Source of the DNA: an uncultured bacterium
GTDB taxonomy: Bacteria > Omnitrophota > Omnitrophia > Omnitrophales > Aquincolibacteriaceae
NCBI GenBank assembly: GCA_964385615.1
Contig: CAYLPP010000003.1
Location: 75,288-139,287 of the forward strand
DNA length: 64,000 nt
Direction: 5' to 3'
A program made the position numbers and the translations under genes. Below the pieces are notes generated by a model. That model searched no databases, had not been told where the DNA came from, and saw only the letters and a program-made list of their open reading frames with translations. Positions 58,923-64,000 of the stretch are shown here, piece after piece; the first letter of the stretch is position 1, and every line of letters starts with the position of its first letter.

Positions 58923-59072
58923 GTTATTAAATTCCGATTCGAGAATCTTTTTCAAATCCTCGAAACCTTTGAAGTGAAATACCCGCTCTGGTCCTTCCGG
59001 TGCGCCTGAAAGCAAAGTCAGCTTCCCGCGTGTTTCTTCACCCTCTTTCCAGACATTACCAATAAATATCAT
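58891..59072 (-). CDS. small ORF (59 aa from ATG; MIFIGNVWKEGEETRGKLTLLSGAPEGPERVFHFKGFEDLKKILESEFNNSVPVPGEPG), hypothetical
   Basis: GAGG 7 nt upstream of ATG; lower GC than surroundings; its 3' end is formed by one copy of a 32-bp direct repeat. Confidence 0.3.
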
Positions 59073-59117
59073 CTCAAACCTCACTCTAAATGCGGTCAAT
59101 GCGTTTTATTGTCACTC

Positions 59118-59149
59118 TTAACCCACTCCACTTGGAACCGGTACTGAGT
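59118..59149. repeat. direct repeat copy 2 (TTAACCCACTCCACTTGGAACCGGTACTGAGT)
   Basis: see copy 1; lies 4 nt downstream of the FRG gene stop (minus strand). Confidence 0.5.
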
Positions 59150-59153
59150 CATT

Positions 59154-59846
59154 CTAATTTTCGTATAAGCAAAACTTATTTATCAGCATATTCGCAAGCC
59201 CATCTAAGCCGGGAAATAACGAATGATGATTAACACCAAAATGTTCCAATCGGATTTGAAAATTAATCAAACATTCGCGTTTCAAGACCCATTTCTGGAT
59301 ATTATCTCCCGATAACTCCACATGCGGCTCAGAATGAACTGTAAACACGCTGGATTGCGCGGTAATTCTAGATGTCAAATGATGAGGTTCGAAAATTTTA
59401 GTCTCCCGCAATTTCAACGGATGCTCCTGCCGATTCGCAACATCTATCCGCCTCCTATCCATTACAAATATTGCGGCATCTCCATTTTTCTTGCTCCAAC
59501 AAGCAAAAAAAGCCGCTACCAAGGGACTCTCGGTCCAATCTAAAAGTCTAGTTGGGAACCCGTGATGCTGCGCTAAAGATATCCACTGCCAATCGTCCTG
59601 AGGGGCTTGTTGAACATATGGAGTTGCCCTTCTTTTAAAATCTTCAAAAGCAAAGAACTCGTCTTGATAAACTCGATCGGGACCATATTTTTTATCGATA
59701 GTGGGCCTATAATTATAAACTCGACCAATTTTAGGCATAAGCTTCCAAGCAACATCCCCATGTCCACGATATATTGAAAGCTGGCTATCCGTCCTTTCAA
59801 TCGCCTCTATAAAATCCTTAAAATTTGCTATTTCTATAATTTTCAT
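59154..59846 (-). CDS. FRG-domain protein
   Basis: 230 aa; LSIYRGHGDVAWKLMP and QHHGFPTRLLDWTESPLVAAFFA match the FRG-domain core; gene is visibly AT-richer (many ATA/TTA/AAA codons) than its neighbours. Confidence 0.7.
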   Translation of the reverse strand: MKIIEIANFKDFIEAIERTDSQLSIYRGHGDVAWKLMPKIGRVYNYRPTIDKKYGPDRVYQDEFFAFEDFKRRATPYVQQAPQDDWQWISLAQHHGFPTRLLDWTESPLVAAFFACWSKKNGDAAIFVMDRRRIDVANRQEHPLKLRETKIFEPHHLTSRITAQSSVFTVHSEPHVELSGDNIQKWVLKRECLINFQIRLEHFGVNHHSLFPGLDGLANMLINKFCLYEN

Positions 59847-59861
59847 CTACCTCTCCTAAGA

Positions 59862-60461
59862 TTATTTGCGCATTTCAAATAGTTTCCCCACTATTCCTCT
59901 CAACTGATGCACCACGGCTCTTTCAAACCAGGGGTTCTTTTTGAGCCAGATCTGGTTGCGGGGTGAAGGGTGCACCAATGGAAAAAAGTCGGGCAGGTAT
60001 TCTTTCCAGGCGCGGACGGTTTCGGTCATGTTCTCCTTCATTCTCTTTCCCAGATAATACTTCTGCGCGTAACTGCCCACAAGCAGTGTGAGTTTGATGT
60101 TGGGCATGTGTTCGCGCACCCGGGCGTGCCACTGCGGGGCGCATTCCTTGCGGGGCGGAAGGTCGCCGGAGCTTCCCTTGCCCGGGTAGCAAAAGCCCAT
60201 GGGCATGATTGAAAAGATTCGGGTGTCGTAGAAAGTGTCACGGTCCACGCCCATCCAGGCACGCAGGCGGTCACCGCTGGGGTCATTAAACGGAATCGAG
60301 GTTTCGTGCACCCGGGTGCCGGGGGCCTGGCTGATGATCAGGATTTTAGAGCGCGGGTCGGCCCGCAGAACAGGATTGGGGCCGAGGGGTAAATGTTTTT
60401 CGCAGGTTCTGCAAGCCCGCACTTCGTGAAGCAGTTTCTCGAGCGCGGCACTTCCGGCCAT
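59862..60461 (-). CDS. uracil-DNA glycosylase superfamily protein (family-4-like, Cys-rich N-terminus)
   Basis: 199 aa; CRTCEKHLPLGPNPV...ILIISQAPG...IPFNDPSGDRL...FCYPGKG...LLVGSYA motifs of the UDG-fold COG1573 group. Confidence 0.75.
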   Translation of the reverse strand: MAGSAALEKLLHEVRACRTCEKHLPLGPNPVLRADPRSKILIISQAPGTRVHETSIPFNDPSGDRLRAWMGVDRDTFYDTRIFSIMPMGFCYPGKGSSGDLPPRKECAPQWHARVREHMPNIKLTLLVGSYAQKYYLGKRMKENMTETVRAWKEYLPDFFPLVHPSPRNQIWLKKNPWFERAVVHQLRGIVGKLFEMRK

Positions 60462-60464
60462 GGG

Positions 60465-60677
60465 TTACCGGACTTTTTTCGTAGGGTATTTGTCTTTGAT
60501 GTGCTGATTGAAATAAAGGCCGTGCGACGAGGCCAGCATCAGGGCCTGATAAACCACTTCAGGCACGCCGGTATAAACGTAAACTCCCCCGCCCTTGAAA
60601 GTCACTTCCAGTTCCTGGGTCTCAAGGTTGTAGCCGATGATGGACAAATCAGTGGATTGAACGGGTTTTCTTTCCAT
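60465..60677 (-). CDS. KTSC-domain protein
   Basis: 70 aa; STDLSIIGYNLETQELEVTFKGGGVYVYTGVPEVVYQALMLASSHGLYFNQHIKDKY matches the KTSC pattern (SS.I.S..Y......L.V.F..G..Y.Y..VP..Y..L..A.S.G.YFN..I). Confidence 0.65.
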   Translation of the reverse strand: MERKPVQSTDLSIIGYNLETQELEVTFKGGGVYVYTGVPEVVYQALMLASSHGLYFNQHIKDKYPTKKVR

Positions 60678-60686
60678 AACGCTCTC

Positions 60687-61223
60687 CTAAGTCTGCGCGA
60701 ACTCGAAAAATTCGTTTTCGAAAGAGTTTTTGAAGCTGTCGGAAACGGCCATGAGCATTTGAAAGGTGTCGGCCACGGCCGGGCCTGAAACTTTCCCCAC
60801 CGTCGGGGTCACAGCCAATCTTCTGAAGATTTTCTCGATCACAGCCAGCACCGGATCGGTTTCCATGGCCGGGTCGTGAAGGTATTCACTAAAAACCGTC
60901 GCGAGGCTGAGATATTTGGGGCTTTCAAAACCGCTCATGACTTTCCGGAGGAAAGCTTTGCGGTCGTCTTCAGGTTCGATGCGGTTTTCGTCACAGGACC
61001 GTTCCCAAAGCTTGCAGGCCAGAGCCAGGCGCCCTGCCAGGTATTCCAGACCGAAAGCATCGGCGGTGATGCCTTCGAATTTTCGGTCGCGGTGCTTCAA
61101 CAACTCATGAATGCGCTCATAATCGTTGTGCTCGTAAATATGAGCCAGCACCTGCGACGCGTATTGCTTGAAGTCTTTGGGCATGTCGGGAGTGATTATA
61201 AAGCGAAACCTGGGCGGTTTCAA
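60687..61223 (-). CDS. hypothetical protein (178 aa, no recognised domain)
   Basis: coding-like ORF tightly spaced (10-13 nt) between the hflX and KTSC genes. Confidence 0.45.
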   Translation of the reverse strand: MKPPRFRFIITPDMPKDFKQYASQVLAHIYEHNDYERIHELLKHRDRKFEGITADAFGLEYLAGRLALACKLWERSCDENRIEPEDDRKAFLRKVMSGFESPKYLSLATVFSEYLHDPAMETDPVLAVIEKIFRRLAVTPTVGKVSGPAVADTFQMLMAVSDSFKNSFENEFFEFAQT

Positions 61224-61235
61224 CCTGCCGGTTTC

Positions 61236-62360
61236 TTAGATAAAAGACTCGATTTTGGAGGTCAAACTCTGCAGGCCCTGCTTCTGACGGGCCGAAATCA
61301 GCACCCCTTCGGGCCAGACCGCCTGCACGTCTCTTTTCTGGTGTTCATCCAGCAGGTCGGCCTTATTGAGCGCTAAAATCACCGGCTTGCCGGCCACGCT
61401 CATTTCAGAAAGCACCTTCTCCACCGCCGATTTGAGCGAAGACGCGTGAGGGCTTGAAACGTCAAGCACGTGCACGATCACGTCGGCGTGGTTCACTTCT
61501 TCGAGGGTCGCGTGAAACGCTTCAACCAGGGTGTGCGGAAGATCCCGCAGGAAACCGACGGTGTCGACAAAAAGCACGTCACGCCGGCCGTTGAGATTCT
61601 CTACTCGGGTCACAGGGTCGAGAGTGGCAAAGAGTTTGTCTTCCACATAACTGTCGGCGCCAGTCAGCGCGTTCAGCAGTGTGGATTTTCCGGCGTTGGT
61701 GTAGCCGGTCAGCGCCACGGTGAAAAAGTTTTTCTTCTTCCGGCCTTCACGCAGTAATCCCCGGTGCTGTTTGACTCTTTCCAGCTCTTCTTTGACCTGC
61801 TTCATGCGCGTGCGGATTTTACGTTTGTCTTTTTCAAGTTCCTGTTCGCCCGGGCCTCGAGTGCCGATACCGCCGCCCAAACGCGACATAACGCCCCCCA
61901 GGCCTCCGATGCGGGGTAACGCGTAACTCAGCTGAGCCAGCTCGACTTGAAGCTTACCTTCTTTGGATTTCGCGCGCCTGCCGAAAATATCCAGAATCAA
62001 CGCCGTGCGGTCCATAACTGAAATGCCGGTGAATTTTTCAATATTGCCGTTTTGAGCGGGCGTCAGCTCACGGTCGAAAATCAAAACGTTGGCGCCGACC
62101 TTGCGGGCTTCATCACGAAGCTCCGTCAGCTTCCCTTCACGGAGAAAGTGACTGGGGCTGGGATCGTTGAGGTTAACGTTCATGGAGCCCACCGGGCGGA
62201 TCAGCGCGGACTCCGTCAGCTCCTGCATTTCTTCAAGACGCTCGTCCCAGTCTTCTTTATTGCGGGAATGCACCCGCACCAGCACGATAAAAGCCTTGTT
62301 GCGCAGTTCACGCGAAAATTTTTTCTCCAGACCGGGAAGCCGGTAACGGTTTAACGCCAT
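61236..62360 (-). CDS. hflX: GTPase HflX
   Basis: start trimmed to MALNRYRLPG (TAATG stop-start overlap with xth) instead of the 427-aa ORF; G1 GYTNAGKST, DTVGF, NKAD motifs; N-terminal HflX domain. Confidence 0.85.
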   Translation of the reverse strand: MALNRYRLPGLEKKFSRELRNKAFIVLVRVHSRNKEDWDERLEEMQELTESALIRPVGSMNVNLNDPSPSHFLREGKLTELRDEARKVGANVLIFDRELTPAQNGNIEKFTGISVMDRTALILDIFGRRAKSKEGKLQVELAQLSYALPRIGGLGGVMSRLGGGIGTRGPGEQELEKDKRKIRTRMKQVKEELERVKQHRGLLREGRKKKNFFTVALTGYTNAGKSTLLNALTGADSYVEDKLFATLDPVTRVENLNGRRDVLFVDTVGFLRDLPHTLVEAFHATLEEVNHADVIVHVLDVSSPHASSLKSAVEKVLSEMSVAGKPVILALNKADLLDEHQKRDVQAVWPEGVLISARQKQGLQSLTSKIESFI

Positions 62361-63136
62361 TAATCCTCCAGCACAATGCCGACCGGGCAATGGTCGGAGC
62401 CCATGACTTCGGGCAGAATAAATGCTTTTTTGAGTTTGGGTCTCAGTGATTTTGAAATCAGAAAATAGTCGATGCGCCAGCCGACGTTCCGCTTTCGGCA
62501 GCCGGCGAACGGGCTCCACCAGCTGTAATGCCCGCCTTCTTTGGTAAATTCACGGAAGGTATCGATAAAACCGGCTTTCACGAAGTTGGTAAAACCTTCC
62601 CGCTCTTCGTCGGTAAAACCGTGATTCTTATGATTGGTGTCAGGATTGGCCAGATCGATTTCTTCGTGCGCCACGTTCAAATCTCCGCAGAAAACGACCG
62701 GCTTCCTTTTTTCGAGCTTCTTGAGGTACTTCAGAAAATCCACATCCCACTTTTTGTAGCGGTAAGGCAGGCGTGAAAGATCGCGTTTGGTGTTGGGCAC
62801 ATACACGTTCACCAGAAAATAATTTTTAAATTCGGCGGTCAGGATACGCCCTTCCTCGTCGTGCTCCTCGATGCCCATGCCTTGGGTAACTTTGAGCGGT
62901 TTCACCTTTGAAAAAATCGCGGTGCCGGAGTAGTGCCAGCGTTTGGGCGGGTAATTCCAGAACATTTCATAACCGGGAAGCTCAAGGCCGGCCTGATCGG
63001 GGTGCGCCTTGGTCTCCTGTAGGCAGATCACATCGGGCTTTTCTTTTTTAACGAACTCGACGAAACCTTTGCGGATCACGGCGCGCACGCCGTTGACATT
63101 CCAGGAAAGCAGTTTAGACACTGAGCCCCTTTTCAC
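62360..63136 (-). CDS. xth: exodeoxyribonuclease III (AP endonuclease, Xth family)
   Basis: 258 aa; LSWNVNGVRA...DVICLQETKA, NVYVPN, catalytic SDHCPV C-terminus. Confidence 0.9.
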   Translation of the reverse strand: MKRGSVSKLLSWNVNGVRAVIRKGFVEFVKKEKPDVICLQETKAHPDQAGLELPGYEMFWNYPPKRWHYSGTAIFSKVKPLKVTQGMGIEEHDEEGRILTAEFKNYFLVNVYVPNTKRDLSRLPYRYKKWDVDFLKYLKKLEKRKPVVFCGDLNVAHEEIDLANPDTNHKNHGFTDEEREGFTNFVKAGFIDTFREFTKEGGHYSWWSPFAGCRKRNVGWRIDYFLISKSLRPKLKKAFILPEVMGSDHCPVGIVLED

Positions 63137-63680
63137 GGGCCATGCGGGTATACTTCGCGACTTGCTCAGGGCTCAATTTTTTCTTCAAAGCTTCAGGATC
63201 CTGCATTGCTTTTTTAATTTTACTTTCGGGAACGCCCATGGCTTTGGCGGCCATCGCGGGAAGACCTCCGGCAGCGGTTTTTCTGGCTGACGGAAAGGTC
63301 ATTTGGCTGAGTGCGGCATGGAAAAAATTATCTTCCATTCGAAAAGTGACCAGGTGCGGTTCCGGCTTAACTTTAATTTCTCCCAGCTCAATCGCGCGTT
63401 TCAGTTCCAAACCCTGGAGGCGTTCTTTCCCAATAATTTCCCCGGTCACAAACGTGAGTCTCTGCCCCTGCGTGAGAAGACTAAGCGCGTCACTGGATTC
63501 ATAAGTCTTGGTTCCCCGGTAAATCTTCCCGTCACGGGTTAATATCTTAATGTAATCCGGTTTTTCCGGTCCGAGAATTTTCTCGAGATGAACCCGGCCG
63601 CCCATCATCCAAAGAACAGTCACAAAACAAAGAACACCGAAATACTTGTTACGGTTACGCCTTTTACGGCGGTAAGGCAT
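63114..63680 (-). CDS. hypothetical membrane-anchored protein
   Basis: 188 aa; basic N-terminus + single TM (YFGVLCFVTVLWMMG); 23-nt overlap with xth suggests the downstream start may be miscalled. Confidence 0.4.
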   Translation of the reverse strand: MPYRRKRRNRNKYFGVLCFVTVLWMMGGRVHLEKILGPEKPDYIKILTRDGKIYRGTKTYESSDALSLLTQGQRLTFVTGEIIGKERLQGLELKRAIELGEIKVKPEPHLVTFRMEDNFFHAALSQMTFPSARKTAAGGLPAMAAKAMGVPESKIKKAMQDPEALKKKLSPEQVAKYTRMAREKGLSV

Positions 63681-63707
63681 CCGCGTGTCTCCGCGTTAAA
63701 AGTTAGA

Positions 63708-64000
63708 TCAGGGTGCGTGCCAAACAGTATTTCTGGAAAAAAGGAACTCCGCCGGCCGTCCGCTTTTCATTTCACCGACGAGAAGTATACACATTATCAA
63801 TAAAACGGCCATATGAAACAAAAAATTCACAACCACTCCCGACACCCGCCAGACATTCACCGGATGCCCTCGTTTTTCACTGCGCCGGTCTTCAAAAACC
63901 CCTTTCCGAATCAGCCAGGGCGTAGCCAGACTGGTCGCAAACCACAGAACGGCGGAAAACCCGATCACAACCGCGGGAATAAGCCAGAGAGAATCTTCCT
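63708..64000 (-). CDS. 3' portion of a membrane protein gene running off the window
   Basis: hydrophobic ORF (86 aa visible) reaching the window edge. Confidence 0.3.
   Translation of the reverse strand, partial: EDSLWLIPAVVIGFSAVLWFATSLATPWLIRKGVFEDRRSEKRGHPVNVWRVSGVVVNFLFHMAVLLIMCILLVGEMKSGRPAEFLFSRNTVWHAP

Noticed and set aside
59131-59167. ECF-sigma-type promoter reading of repeat copy 2 (GGAAC ... CGTATA)
   Set aside because: The spacer between the -35-like GGAAC and CGTATA is 23 nt (ECF promoters need 16-17). It is also on the strand antisense to all local genes.
61236-62519. 427-aa HflX ORF with 53-aa N-terminal extension overlapping xth by 160 nt
   Set aside because: The internal Met (MALNRY...) gives a canonical TAATG stop-start junction with xth and a normal-length HflX. 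The extension has no HflX homology.

Overview
This is a 64 kb chromosomal segment from a moderately GC-rich bacterium (mid-50s % by eye), gene-dense and mostly encoded on the minus strand. A prepilin-type N-terminus fused to a DUF1559 C-terminus (HxGGxNVxFxDGSV-like), sigma54-driven amt-glnK operons and an H+-pyrophosphatase suggest a PVC-group or Omnitrophica-like organism; this is inference only. Gene order, left to right:

- Two-component system plus a CheY-like regulator, then a ClC channel.
- A minus-strand sugar-modification operon (C-methyltransferase, SDR, cupin, UXS-like decarboxylase). Its first gene carries an N-terminal BrnA-like RHH domain and is preceded by twin CTGTATATACAG palindromes.
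- The oxyR / ahpC-dps peroxide module.
- An NhaP-type antiporter with a TrkA-N domain.
- A treS-otsB-otsA trehalose cluster.
- A three-gene signalling operon in which every protein has a receiver domain (HTH-REC, REC-GAF-HK, REC-Cys4).
- A DUF1559 pilin-like protein, a patatin and tRNA-Arg(TCT).
- uppP.
- The PDH complex (aceE, E2, lpd) with a divergent lipoate ligase.
- Two sigma54-promoted amt-glnK operons. They flank a KimA-like K+ transporter with a Usp domain and a KdpD(C-terminal)/KdpE-like two-component pair.
- The livFGMHK ABC transporter, dedA, cstA, H+-PPase, terC, a radical-SAM SplB-like protein and a DsbD-like protein.
- An ABC-F ATPase, a GT39/ArnT-like glycosyltransferase and a secreted acidic protein.
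- A minus-strand run of small and uncharacterised genes: DUF1348, a zinc-ribbon polyacidic peptide, a repeat-flanked small ORF, a low-GC FRG-domain gene, a UDG-family protein and a KTSC protein. These are co-oriented with hflX and xth.

No CRISPR array, rRNA, or transposase/integrase was seen. The loci that most deserve follow-up are the RHH-enzyme fusion with its operator, the all-receiver signalling operon, the KimA-Usp/KdpDE module between duplicated amt-glnK operons with shared promoter motifs, and the low-GC FRG / repeat / zinc-ribbon region.
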